Positions 28,811 through 37,901 are shown, numbered from the stretch's first letter. The stretch is 64,000 bases of DNA from an uncultured Solirubrobacteraceae bacterium (GCA_963793935.1 CAWCBZ010000005.1:75139-139138), one strand, 5' to 3'. The notes: generated by a model from the sequence alone, not told the origin. Program-made: numbers and translations.

Positions 28811-29169
28811 TCGGTCAGGCAGGTGTCCTCGTCGGAGTACGCCGGCGAGCATGCGCAGACGACGCGCAGCGGCTCGTCGCCGGCGTTGAACAGCTTGTGC
28901 CGAGCGCCCGGCGGGATCAGCGCACAGTCGCCCAGCTCGATCGTGCGCTCCTCGCCGTCGATGACCAGGCGGCCGCGGCCGGCGCTGACGAGGTACAGCT
29001 CCTCGGTCGTGCGGTGGTAGTGCTCGGTCGTGGCGCCGCCGACGGGAACGGTCGCCTCGGCGAGGCTCTGGTTGCAGGCGGGCATCGCCACTTTGCCGGC
29101 CCACTCGCGAATCTGCGAGCCGTCGAGCGTCTGGAAGGGCTCGATGTCGGCGTAGGAACGAACGTACAT
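28807..29169 (-). CDS. Cupin domain protein
   Basis: 120 aa. G(x)5HxH..E and G..P...H cupin motifs (VPVGGATTEHYHRTTEELYLV ... IPPGARHKLFN). Confidence 0.65.
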   Translation of the reverse strand: MYVRSYADIEPFQTLDGSQIREWAGKVAMPACNQSLAEATVPVGGATTEHYHRTTEELYLVSAGRGRLVIDGEERTIELGDCALIPPGARHKLFNAGDEPLRVVCACSPAYSDEDTCLTE

Positions 29170-29174
29170 GCGCC

Positions 29175-29693
29175 TCAGCTCCCCGGCAGGTTCTCGGGCA
29201 TCGGCACGTCCTGCGGCGAGCGCCCGGGGCCGCCTTCGTCCCAGGACTGCCAGGCGTGGCCGTCGCGCCCGACGTGCTCGCCAGCGCCGCCAAGAGCCAG
29301 CAACGCGAGACGCTCGGCGCCGGCGTTGACGAGCTGGCGGCGAACGCCGCGCGGGACGCGCGCCGCCTGTCGCGGGCCGAGCACGTGCTCGACGCGCTCG
29401 ACGACCAGCGTCAGCTCGCCCTCCAGCACGATGTAGACCTCTTCCTGCTTGTCGTGGGAGTGGATGCGCGCGCGCTCGCGCGGCGCGAAAAGCAGCAGGT
29501 TGATGCCAAACGACTCGACGCCCAGTTCGCGTCGCAGAGTCTGAAAGCGCTCGCCGTGCGCGTAGTCCAGCGTGGCGAACGTGACGTCGGCCTCGGCCAT
29601 CGCGCCAGCATATGCCGAGACCGTCGCAAGCGTCGAATCGTTCTCGCGTCCAGGCGCGACCGGAGCGTCATAGCGCGCGGTTATGGTCAGCAT
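29175..29693 (-). CDS. Cupin domain protein
   Basis: Cupin motifs (RIHSHDKQEEVYIVLEGELTL ... VPRGVRRQLVNAG). Start set at internal MLTITARY to avoid overlap into the MFS gene. Confidence 0.55.
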   Translation of the reverse strand: MLTITARYDAPVAPGRENDSTLATVSAYAGAMAEADVTFATLDYAHGERFQTLRRELGVESFGINLLLFAPRERARIHSHDKQEEVYIVLEGELTLVVERVEHVLGPRQAARVPRGVRRQLVNAGAERLALLALGGAGEHVGRDGHAWQSWDEGGPGRSPQDVPMPENLPGS

Positions 29694-31275
29694 CAGCGTG
29701 GCGTCGACGACTTCAGCGGCGGCGGCGAGCACCGAGCCGCCGATCGATCGCAAGACCGCACTGGCGCTCGTGGCGATGGGCGTGGCGGTGTTCATCATCG
29801 CCAACGACTTCACGGCGCTGGCGGTCGCGCTGCCGGCGATCGAGAAGCAGTTCGACACCGACGTCGGCACGGTGCAGTGGGTGATCAACGCCTACGCGTT
29901 GACGTTCGGCGTGCTGATCGTCATCGGCGGGCGCCTCGCGGACATCTTCGGGCGCAAGCGCATCTTCATCATCGGCGCAGGCGTGTTCGCCGGCTTTTCG
30001 GTGCTCGGCGGCGCGGCGCAGAGCACCGCCTGGCTGATCGCCTGCCGCGCGCTGATGGGCATCGGCGGCGCGATGATGTGGCCGGCGATTCTCGGCATGA
30101 CCTTCGCGGCGTTGCCGCAAAGCCGCGCCGGGCTCGCCGGCGGGCTGATTCTCGGCGCTGCGGGCATCGGCAATGCGGTCGGGCCGATGTTCGGCGGTGT
30201 GCTCACCGACGCGCTGAGCTGGCGCTGGATCTTCTTCGTCAACGTGCCGATCGCCGCCTTCGGCGTGTTGGCGACATGGCTGGCGATCCACCAGACCGAG
30301 CCCGAACCGGCTGACAGACGAATCGACTACGCCGGCGTGGCGACGCTCTCGCTGGGGCTCGTGTCGCTGCTGGTGGCGCTCGACCAGGTGACCGACTGGG
30401 GCTGGGGCGACGCGCGAATCATCGTGCTGCTGGTGCTGTGCGCGGCGATGCTGGTCGGCTTCGGCTTCGTCGAGCGGCGCATGGACGAGGGAGCGCTGAT
30501 CCCGCGCGACGTGATCGCCAACCGCGACTTCAGCACGGCCTGCCTGGCGGTGCTGCTGATGTCGGCGGTGTTCTTCGCATCGCTACTGTACCTGCCGCAG
30601 TTCATGCAGAAGATCCTCGGCTACTCGCCGCTGAAGTCGGGCGTCGGGCTGGTGCCGATGATGGGCATGTTCGCGCTGACGTCGTTCATAGCCGGGCCGC
30701 TGTACGGAAAACTTGGCGCGAAGCTGATCGTGTCGCTCGGCTGCGCGGCGATCTCCGTGGGCATTCTGCTGCTGTCGCTCGTCGGCCACGACTCCGGCTA
30801 CGGCGGCCTGGTCGCCGGCATGCTCGTGCTGGGCGTCGGCATCGGCCTGTTCTACTCGTCGATCACGACCGCCAGCGTGACCGCGCTGGACCCCGCGCGC
30901 GCCGGTCTGGCCGGAGGGATCGTGTACATGTTCCAGATCGCCGGCGGCTCGGTCGGGCTGGGGCTGAACACGACGATCTTCACGTCAAGCTCCAAGAGCG
31001 ATCTCAACAGCCACCTGAGCACGCTCGGCGCGAAGGTCTCCGAAACGCAGTCCGATCTCGTGCACGGCATTCTCGCCGGCACCGCTTCGGGCAAGCAGGT
31101 GCTGGGGCAGTTCTCCTCGGGCGTGGCGCAGCGCCTGTCCTCGCTGGTGCGCGACGCGTTCGTGGCGGGCCTGCACACGGCCTTTCGCCTGGACACGGCG
31201 CTGGCGATCTGCGCGCTGCTGGTGGCCGTGCTGTTCATCGGCGGCTCGCCGCGCAGGCAGGCGCAGTCCAGCTGA
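29683..31275 (+). CDS. MFS transporter (DHA2-like, 14 TMS)
   Basis: 14 hydrophobic segments, MFS motif A-like G(R/K) loops, 530 aa. The true start may be a few codons downstream. Confidence 0.8.
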   Translation: MVSISVASTTSAAAASTEPPIDRKTALALVAMGVAVFIIANDFTALAVALPAIEKQFDTDVGTVQWVINAYALTFGVLIVIGGRLADIFGRKRIFIIGAGVFAGFSVLGGAAQSTAWLIACRALMGIGGAMMWPAILGMTFAALPQSRAGLAGGLILGAAGIGNAVGPMFGGVLTDALSWRWIFFVNVPIAAFGVLATWLAIHQTEPEPADRRIDYAGVATLSLGLVSLLVALDQVTDWGWGDARIIVLLVLCAAMLVGFGFVERRMDEGALIPRDVIANRDFSTACLAVLLMSAVFFASLLYLPQFMQKILGYSPLKSGVGLVPMMGMFALTSFIAGPLYGKLGAKLIVSLGCAAISVGILLLSLVGHDSGYGGLVAGMLVLGVGIGLFYSSITTASVTALDPARAGLAGGIVYMFQIAGGSVGLGLNTTIFTSSSKSDLNSHLSTLGAKVSETQSDLVHGILAGTASGKQVLGQFSSGVAQRLSSLVRDAFVAGLHTAFRLDTALAICALLVAVLFIGGSPRRQAQSS

Positions 31276-31388
31276 GTTCTCGACCCGCCGCCGTTTACGG
31301 CCGTCGGACGTCGAGCAATAGAATCGCTGGGCGCAGCGGTCGCCGCGCGCGACGGTGCATGCGACTCGCAAATCGTTAGGAGAAACGG

Positions 31389-31800
31389 ATGGGATTCGAC
31401 CAGTACCACGAGCCACCGGACGAGCTGCCCGAGCAGACGCGCACGTTCGCGCGCCTGTGCTCGTCGCTGACCGAGGAGGCCGAAGCGATCGGCTGGTACG
31501 AGCAGCGCCTGGCGATCGAGCGCGACCCCGAAGCCAAGGCGGTCATGTCCGACGCGGTCGGCGAGGAGTACAAGCACTTCAGCATGGACCTCGAGTTCCT
31601 TCTGCGGCGCACGCCGAAGTGGCGCGCAGATCGCCCAGGGCGTGCTGTTTCAGCCCGGCGACATCGTCGAGCACGGCGAGGCTGCCGAGGCCGGCGCCGA
31701 CGACGACGGCGACGAGGGCTCAGCCGCGGCGGCGGCACCGGCTCCCGCCGCGGCGGGCGGCTCGCTGAGCATCGGCAGCCTGCTTGGGGAGGGGCTATGA
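31389..31800 (+). CDS. Encapsulated ferritin-like cargo protein (EncFtn/Flp), interrupted by a 1-nt frameshift near 31626
   Basis: N-terminal 80 aa contain EAIGWYEQRLAIERDPEAKAVMSDAVGEEYKHFSMDLEFLLRRTPKW, the EncFtn metal-binding helices. The C-terminal cargo-loading peptide ...GSLSIGSLLGEGL* is encoded in the +1 frame and ends with TGA overlapping the encapsulin ATG (ATGA). Confidence 0.65.
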
Positions 31801-32612
31801 GCCATCTGCTGCGCGAGCACGCGCCGATCACCGACGACGGCTGGAAGCTGATCGACGAGGAGGCGCGCGAGCGCCTGCTGCCGGGGCTGGCCAGCCGGCG
31901 CCTGGTGGACTTCTCCGGGCCGCACGGCTGGGAGCACTCGGCGACGAACCTGGGACGCGTCGAGCGCGCGAACGTGAGCGAGCAGAAAGGCGTCGAGGCC
32001 AACCGCCGTGTCGTGCTGGCGCTGGTCGAGCTGCGCTCGCGCTTCACGGTCTCGCGCGAGGAGCTGCGCGCGGGCGATCGCGGCGCCGAGGACGTCGACT
32101 TCGAGTCGCTCGATGCGGCCGCACAACGCATCGTCGACGCTGAGAACACGGCGGTCTTCCACGCCTGGCCGAAGGCCGGCATCGAGGGCATCACGGCAAG
32201 CTCGCCGCACAAGCCGATCGTGCGCGGCAAGACCTTCGAGGACTACCCGGGCTGCGTCGCGCGTGCGGTCGAGCTGCTGCTGCGCAACGGAATCGCCGGC
32301 CCCTACGGGCTGGCGCTGGGACGCGAGGACTACACCAGCGTGGTGGAAACGGCCGAGCACGGCGGCTACCCGCTGCTGGACCACCTGCGCAACATCATCA
32401 AGGGCCCGATCGTGTGGGCGCCGGGCGTCAGCGGCGCCGTCGTCGTGAGCATGCGCGGCGGCGACTTCGACTTCCAGTCCGGCCAGGACCTGTCGGTCGG
32501 CTACGAGTCCCACGACGCCGACTCTGTGTCGCTGTACATCGAGGAGTCCTACAGCTTCCGCGTGCTGACGCCCGAGGCGGCGGTGGCGATCGCGGCGCCG
32601 AAAGGACGCTAG
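31797..32612 (+). CDS. Family 1 encapsulin nanocompartment shell protein (linocin M18-like)
   Basis: MSHLLREHAPITDDGWKLIDEEA..., GPYGLALGREDYTSV, DHLRNII.GPIVWAP, RGGDFDF.SGQDLSVGYESHD track the HK97-fold encapsulin family along its whole length. 271 aa. Confidence 0.85.
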   Translation: MSHLLREHAPITDDGWKLIDEEARERLLPGLASRRLVDFSGPHGWEHSATNLGRVERANVSEQKGVEANRRVVLALVELRSRFTVSREELRAGDRGAEDVDFESLDAAAQRIVDAENTAVFHAWPKAGIEGITASSPHKPIVRGKTFEDYPGCVARAVELLLRNGIAGPYGLALGREDYTSVVETAEHGGYPLLDHLRNIIKGPIVWAPGVSGAVVVSMRGGDFDFQSGQDLSVGYESHDADSVSLYIEESYSFRVLTPEAAVAIAAPKGR

Positions 32613-33472
32613 GCCTTCGCCGGCAGGCCGCTCGCTACGGGCGACTGCGCGGCGGGTCGCGAGAGCAGCACAGCGCCGATGCTGACGGCTGCGAACGCGA
32701 GGATGCGCACGGCGCCGAGCGCGCCCGAGGGCACGGGCTCTTCCAGCACCAGGGTGCCGGCGAGGATCGGCAGCGCGTTGGTCAGCAGCTTCGCCAGGCC
32801 GGCGACGGTCAGCGCGCCGCCGGCCTGATAGCCGAGCTGCAGCAGGCTCGTGCCGAGCGTGTAGCCGAGGATCAGCGGCACGAGGAAGGCGATCCGCGCG
32901 CCGCCCTGCGTGGCCAGCTTGGTCGAGATGTCGCCGGCGGAGAACAGCAGCCCTCCGGCGATGCCGTTGGCGACGTCGACACCGAACAGCGCGCGACCGA
33001 AGAGGACGATCGCAACCGCGAGCACGCCGGTCGCGCAGATCCACACGATCACCGCGAGCGTCGAGCCGCTGTGCCCTTCACCGCCGCTGCCGTTGACCAG
33101 CGAGACAGCCAGCGCCACGAGGCCGAGCACCGCGAACGCCACGCCCACCCACTGGCGCGAGTCAAGCCGCGGACCGCCCAGGCGCACCGACAGGAACGCG
33201 AGCAGCCCGATCGCGCCCGCGGCGACGCTCTGCACGAGCGCCAGCGGCGCGAGCGCCAAGGCGACCGCGTACAGCGCGAAGCCTCCGCCCTCCATCGCGA
33301 AGCCGAGCAGCCAGCTGCGGTCGGTCAGCAGCAGGCGCAGCGACTGCAGCGGGTGGCGCAGCGTGAGCGCGGGCAGCGCCGCGGCGGCGTCGTGCTCGCG
33401 CAGGTAGGCGAGGCTCGCAAGCGTGGCCGACAGCAGTGCGAGCAGAAACGCGATGGCTGTCGCGACGCGCAT
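32609..33472 (-). CDS. Integral membrane protein (possibly DMT/EamA-like)
   Basis: 9-10 hydrophobic helices over 287 aa. No specific motif recognised. Confidence 0.45.
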   Translation of the reverse strand: MRVATAIAFLLALLSATLASLAYLREHDAAAALPALTLRHPLQSLRLLLTDRSWLLGFAMEGGGFALYAVALALAPLALVQSVAAGAIGLLAFLSVRLGGPRLDSRQWVGVAFAVLGLVALAVSLVNGSGGEGHSGSTLAVIVWICATGVLAVAIVLFGRALFGVDVANGIAGGLLFSAGDISTKLATQGGARIAFLVPLILGYTLGTSLLQLGYQAGGALTVAGLAKLLTNALPILAGTLVLEEPVPSGALGAVRILAFAAVSIGAVLLSRPAAQSPVASGLPAKA

Positions 33473-33515
33473 CTGAGCGCCAACCTACGCCACGGCGCCG
33501 ATGCATCCGGCGCGG

Positions 33516-33773
33516 CTACTGCAGGTATTTCTCGACGGTGCCCGCGTCGCGCTCCTGCGCGTCGTCGGGATCCTCGCCGGCGGCGCGTCGGGCGCGTCGC
33601 TGGCGCAGCAGATCCCAGCAGCGATCGAGCTCGACTGAGACGCGCTCCAGGCGCTCGCGATCGGCGGCGAGCGCCTGCTCGCTGGCGGCGTCGCTCTGCT
33701 CGCCGCCCTGCAGCGCGTGCTCCTCCGCGACGAGCTTCTCGATGTGGCTGAGAATCGACTGGTCGTCCATCAC
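33516..33773 (-). CDS. DUF2630 family protein
   Basis: MMDDQSILSHIEKLVAEEHALQ... matches the conserved start of the small actinobacterial DUF2630 family. Confidence 0.5.
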   Translation of the reverse strand: MMDDQSILSHIEKLVAEEHALQGGEQSDAASEQALAADRERLERVSVELDRCWDLLRQRRARRAAGEDPDDAQERDAGTVEKYLQ

Positions 33774-33797
33774 GCGCAGCCTAGCCGAGCCAGCGCC

Positions 33798-34253
33798 TCA
33801 GCCGGTGTAGACGCGCGCCAGCGACTCGGCGACGCAGACCGGCTTGTCGCCGCCCTCGCGCTCGAAGGTCAGCTCGGTGGCGATCTGCGCGCCGCCGGGG
33901 ATGTCATCGACGGACACGAGCTTGGAGCGCATGCGCACCTTCTGTCCGACCGGCATCGGCGCGGGGAAGCGCACGCGGTTGAGGCCGTAGTTGACGCCGA
34001 AGGCGAAGCCGTCGAATTTGACCATGTCATAGGAGAAGCGCGGAGCGAGCGAGAGCGTGTAGTAGCCGTGGGCGATCGTGCCGCCGAACGGGCTCTGCTT
34101 GGCGCGCTCGGGGTCGATGTGGATCCACTGGTCGTCGCCGGTCACGTCGGCGAACTCGTCGATCTTCTGCTGCGTGACCAGGTGCCAGTCGCTGACGCCC
34201 AGCTCCTTCCCTACATAGCCCTTCACCTCGTCGAGGCCGGTGAGCGTGAGCAT
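33798..34253 (-). CDS. MaoC-family (R)-specific enoyl-CoA hydratase / hotdog-fold dehydratase
   Basis: Hotdog-fold motif DDQWIHIDPERA...GGTIAHGYY. 151 aa. Confidence 0.75.
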   Translation of the reverse strand: MLTLTGLDEVKGYVGKELGVSDWHLVTQQKIDEFADVTGDDQWIHIDPERAKQSPFGGTIAHGYYTLSLAPRFSYDMVKFDGFAFGVNYGLNRVRFPAPMPVGQKVRMRSKLVSVDDIPGGAQIATELTFEREGGDKPVCVAESLARVYTG

Positions 34254-34335
34254 TGGTCGGTCGTCCCCTCTTCGTAGCGCTTGTTTGAGGCCGTCAGCCT
34301 AGCCATCCACGCCGGGCTCCTGCCAAGATGGCGCC

Positions 34336-35061
34336 ATGGCGCGTTTGCGCGACGGGAGCGAGGTGACGATCCGCAAGCTCACGCCGCGCGATGCGCCGGT
34401 GCTCGCCGAGGCCTTCGAGCGGCTCAGTCCGCAGTCGCGCGACCTGCGCTTTCTCAGCGCCAAGCCGCGCCTGTCGTCTAACGATCTGCAGTACCTGACC
34501 GACGTCGACGGTCACCTGCACGAGGCGCTCGGCGCCGTCGACAAGGCGACCGGCAGGGGCGTCGGCGTGGCGCGCTTCGTGCGCTTGGACGCCGACGCGC
34601 CGGTTGCGGAGGTCGCGGTCACGGTCGTCGACGACTGGCAGCGCCGCGGTCTGGGAACGCTGCTGCTCGAGCGCCTGAGCGAGCGTGCGCGCGCCGAGGG
34701 CATCGAGCGCTACACGGCGCTCGTGTCCGGGGAGAACAGGGCCATCGTCGGCCTGCTCGACGCGCTCGGCGCGCGCGTGCTCAGCGCCAACGCCGCTTCG
34801 GGCACGGTCGAATACGAAGTCGAGGTGGCGCCGGTCGGGCTCGGCCACAGCCTGCGCGGGGCGCTTCGCGCGGCGGCCGGCGGGCAGATGACGCTGACGC
34901 GCCGCGCAGCCGAGGCGCTCGGCTCGCTGCTGGACCACGCGGTGCACTGGAGCGACACGGCGGAGGTCGTCGGCGAGGACGAAGACGCCGAGGGCGAGAC
35001 GTCCGCCGACGCCGCACGGCAGCCGGCGGACGAGGCACGCAAGCCTCAGGCCAAGCGCTAG
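34336..35061 (+). CDS. GNAT family N-acetyltransferase
   Basis: Motif A region VDDWQRRGLGTLLLERL (Q/RxxGxG/A), approx. 240 aa with acidic tail. Confidence 0.65.
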   Translation: MARLRDGSEVTIRKLTPRDAPVLAEAFERLSPQSRDLRFLSAKPRLSSNDLQYLTDVDGHLHEALGAVDKATGRGVGVARFVRLDADAPVAEVAVTVVDDWQRRGLGTLLLERLSERARAEGIERYTALVSGENRAIVGLLDALGARVLSANAASGTVEYEVEVAPVGLGHSLRGALRAAAGGQMTLTRRAAEALGSLLDHAVHWSDTAEVVGEDEDAEGETSADAARQPADEARKPQAKR

Positions 35062-35786
35062 CCGCCGGCCTCGACCGCCGACTCGCCGGGCGCGATCTGG
35101 CTGCTGCCGCTGAACAGCGTGCGATGCACGATCGCTCCAAGCAGGCCGCCGGCGAGCGGCGCGACGATGAACAGCCACAGCTGGCTTAGCGCCCAACCGC
35201 CGACGAAGATCGCCGGCCCGATGCTGCGCGCCGGGTTGACCGAGGTGTTTGTGACGGGAATGCCGACCAGGTGGATCAGCGTGAGCACGAGCCCGATCGG
35301 AATGCCGGCGAAGGCGACGTTGGCGATGCGATCGGTCGAAGCGAGCACGGTGAACACGAGAAAGGCCGTGAGCACGATCTCCACGACCAGCGCCGAGCCG
35401 ACGGGAAAGCCGCCGGGCGAGTGCGCGCCATAGCCGTTGGCGCCCAGCCCTTCCATGCGCACGTCATAACCACCTTTGCGACCGGACACGACCGCGAGCA
35501 GAACCGCCGCGGCGGCGATCGCGCCAAGGATCTGCGCGACCCAGTAGCGCAGGGCCTCGCCGAGCTCGACCTTGCCGCTGACGAGCAGACCCATGGTGAC
35601 GGCCGGATTGATGTGACAGCCGGAGATCGGGCCGACGGCGTAGGCCATGGCGAGCAGCGACAGGCCGAAGGCGAAGGCGACGCCGAGATAGCCGATCTTG
35701 TCGCCGGCGATGACCGCAGCGCCGACGCCGCCGAAGACCAGCACGAACGTGCCTATGAACTCTGCGCTTGCTCGCTTTAGGGCCAT
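35058..35786 (-). CDS. aqpZ: Aquaporin Z (MIP family water channel)
   Basis: Two NPA boxes (HINPAVT, NPARSIGPA), ar/R residues, 6 TM. Strong similarity along its length to AqpZ. Confidence 0.85.
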   Translation of the reverse strand: MALKRASAEFIGTFVLVFGGVGAAVIAGDKIGYLGVAFAFGLSLLAMAYAVGPISGCHINPAVTMGLLVSGKVELGEALRYWVAQILGAIAAAAVLLAVVSGRKGGYDVRMEGLGANGYGAHSPGGFPVGSALVVEIVLTAFLVFTVLASTDRIANVAFAGIPIGLVLTLIHLVGIPVTNTSVNPARSIGPAIFVGGWALSQLWLFIVAPLAGGLLGAIVHRTLFSGSSQIAPGESAVEAGG

Positions 35787-35853
35787 TGCAGCGCCTCCTC
35801 TTGGCGGGGTGGTTGCCTGAGCAGGATTCGACTGCTCGGGACCGACTCCTGCC

Positions 35854-35897
35854 GCTGTCAGGGCGCTGTCAGAGTGCTGTCAGGGTGCTGTCGGGCC
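35854..35897. repeat. 4 x 11-bp tandem repeat (GCTGTCAGRGY) upstream of aqpZ
   Basis: Read directly: gctgtcagggc gctgtcagagt gctgtcagggt gctgtcgggcc, 68-111 bp upstream of the aqpZ start codon. Confidence 0.7.
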
Positions 35898-36029
35898 GTC
35901 ATGCGCTTGCTCGCCCGCCCTGCGCTGCTTGCGCTGGCGGTAGAGCGCGAACAGCGCGTTGCCGACGACCATGCCGACGACGAGCAGCATGAAGGCCGAG
36001 AAGACGACGATGCCGACGGTTTCGTTCAT
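35880..36029 (-). CDS. Possible small single-TM protein (49 aa)
   Basis: ATG 16 nt after the YihY stop. MNETVGIVVFSAFMLLVVGMVVGNALFALYRQRKQRRAGEQAHDGPTAP has a hydrophobic helix followed by a basic tail. Below the ORF-track size cutoff. Confidence 0.3.
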   Translation of the reverse strand: MNETVGIVVFSAFMLLVVGMVVGNALFALYRQRKQRRAGEQAHDGPTAP

Positions 36030-36044
36030 GAGCAGCGACCAATG

Positions 36045-36905
36045 CTAAGGGCGACGGCCGGTCGGCGTCTCAGCTGCGCTCGCTCGCGCCGGTCCGGCGC
36101 GTTCGATCGCCGCGCTGACCTCGGCGCCGAGCATCAGCGCGACGTTGGTCAGCCACAGCCACACGAGCAGGATGATCGCTGCGGCGAAGGAGCCGTAGGT
36201 GACGTTGAAGCTCTTGAAGTTGGCGAGGTACGTAGAGAATGCCGCCGAGGCGGCGAGCCACAGCGCCACGCCGACGAGCGCGCCCGGCGCCATCCAGCGA
36301 AAGCCGCGATGGCGCACGTCGGGCGTGACGTAGTAGATGAAGCAGAACACCAGCAGAGCGCTGACCAGCGCGCCCGGCCAGCGCGCGATGCGCCAGACTG
36401 ACGCCGCGCTGGAGCCGAGCACTTCGTCGACGACGTCGCCGCCGGCGAACATCAGCACGATGGTCACGACCACCAGCGCCATCAGCACGAACGTGGAGCC
36501 GATGTCGATGGCCTTGCGCCGCAAGAAGCTGCGCCCGCCGGTGGCGCCGAACACGACGTTGAGCGCGCGCCGCGCTGCCTCGAGGTAGCCGGTCGCGCCA
36601 TACAGCGCCGCGGCGACGGCGAGAATCAGCCCGGCCGTGGCGGTGCCCTTGCTTTTCAGCGCCGCGCGCACGGCCTCATTCAGCGGCGCCAGCGTCACCG
36701 CGGGCACGACTTCGCGCAGGTGCCTCACGATCGCTTCGTAGGTGTCCGGAAACTGGCCGAGCAGGCCGAGCAGCGACACGCCCAGCAGCAGCGTCGGAAA
36801 CAGCGACATCAGCGCGTAATAGGTGAGCGCAGCGGCGTGGTGTGTGCCCTGGTCGTCGTAAAAGGACACGACCGAGCGCTTGGCGACCTGCCAGGTGCGG
36901 TTCAC
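36045..36905 (-). CDS. YihY/BrkB family inner membrane protein
   Basis: Conserved start (AAALTYYALMSLFP), 6 TM, approx. 286 aa. Confidence 0.7.
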   Translation of the reverse strand: MNRTWQVAKRSVVSFYDDQGTHHAAALTYYALMSLFPTLLLGVSLLGLLGQFPDTYEAIVRHLREVVPAVTLAPLNEAVRAALKSKGTATAGLILAVAAALYGATGYLEAARRALNVVFGATGGRSFLRRKAIDIGSTFVLMALVVVTIVLMFAGGDVVDEVLGSSAASVWRIARWPGALVSALLVFCFIYYVTPDVRHRGFRWMAPGALVGVALWLAASAAFSTYLANFKSFNVTYGSFAAAIILLVWLWLTNVALMLGAEVSAAIERAGPARASAAETPTGRRP

Positions 36906-37028
36906 CGCCGCAACCTACCTGCCGGTGACCCCGTGTCACGCTCGCCGGAAGGCCCTGACCGGCAAAGGCACGAGTGGCTCGCATCCGTCCAAGAGCTGAA
37001 GGCTCGTGGGTGCGGGTAGTTAGGTCGG

Positions 37029-37901
37029 GTGACGACGGCACCGGCACAGAGCGTCGCGCCGTCTCGTTGGCCGCGCCCCACCGAGCGATCGCAGCGCTGG
37101 TCGGCTCGCTATGCCTTGGTCGCGTTGATCGTCGGCGCAGTGGCCTCGTCGGTGGTCGTCTGGACGCTCAGATGGATCGGCATCGACGTCCCGCGCGGTG
37201 TCAGCGGCCTGTTCGTGGAGATCGCTCTGCTCTGCACGCTCGTGCCGCTTTACCGCTCGGGCAGGCTGCGACCGGTCGACCTCGGACTGCGCCGCGTGCC
37301 GCCGGCGCGTTCTGTGGGCTATGCCGTTCTCGGCCTGTTCGCGTATGGGTGGTCGAGCCGCCTGTGGAGCTCAGCGGTGCATCCGCCGCCGATCCACGGC
37401 ACCTTCGCCGGCATCGCCGATCAGAGCACGGCCGTGATCGCATTGACGGGCCTGGTCGCCGTGGCCGGCGCTCCGATCGTCGAGGAGGTCTTCTTCCGCG
37501 GCTTTCTCTACCGCAGCCTGCGAAACCGCATGCACATCCTGCCCGCCTGCCTGGTCGTCGGCGCGGTGTTCGGAATCGGCCACACGCAGTACCCGCTGCT
37601 CGTGCGTCCGGTGCTCGCCGGGTTCGGCGTGATCACCTGTCTGATGTACGAGCGCACGGGCTCGCTGCTTCCGGGGATCGCGATGCACTCCTTGATCGAC
37701 TCGAGCGGCTTCGAGTACGCATTGACCGGGCGCGTCAACATCGTCTTCGAGGCCTTCGCGCTGCTCGCGCTGGCGATGCTGCTGCTCGGCTTCTTCAAAA
37801 CGATCGGCCGGGCGCACACGCCGGAATCGCTGCCGAACAAGTCGGGGCTGCAACGGATGCGCGCGCGGCGGGCTCACTCTGAGACAGGCGCTGGAGGCTG
37901 A
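37029..37901 (+). CDS. CPBP family intramembrane glutamic endopeptidase (CAAX protease-like)
   Basis: Motif 1 EEVFFRG, motif 2 FGIGH, motif 3 H in last helix. Polytopic. Confidence 0.7.
   Translation: MTTAPAQSVAPSRWPRPTERSQRWSARYALVALIVGAVASSVVVWTLRWIGIDVPRGVSGLFVEIALLCTLVPLYRSGRLRPVDLGLRRVPPARSVGYAVLGLFAYGWSSRLWSSAVHPPPIHGTFAGIADQSTAVIALTGLVAVAGAPIVEEVFFRGFLYRSLRNRMHILPACLVVGAVFGIGHTQYPLLVRPVLAGFGVITCLMYERTGSLLPGIAMHSLIDSSGFEYALTGRVNIVFEAFALLALAMLLLGFFKTIGRAHTPESLPNKSGLQRMRARRAHSETGAGG

Noticed and set aside
31389-32612. 407-aa EncFtn-encapsulin fusion ORF as a natural gene
   Set aside because: The linker translation is Arg-rich nonsense (RRHRRARRGCRGRRRRRRRRGL...). A bona fide cargo-loading peptide and ATGA-coupled stop exist in the +1 frame. 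A 1-nt indel is the more economical explanation than a genuine fusion.
31650-33044. 464-aa minus-strand ORF across encapsulin and the membrane protein
   Set aside because: No domains, extreme Arg/Ala content, antisense to two well-supported genes.
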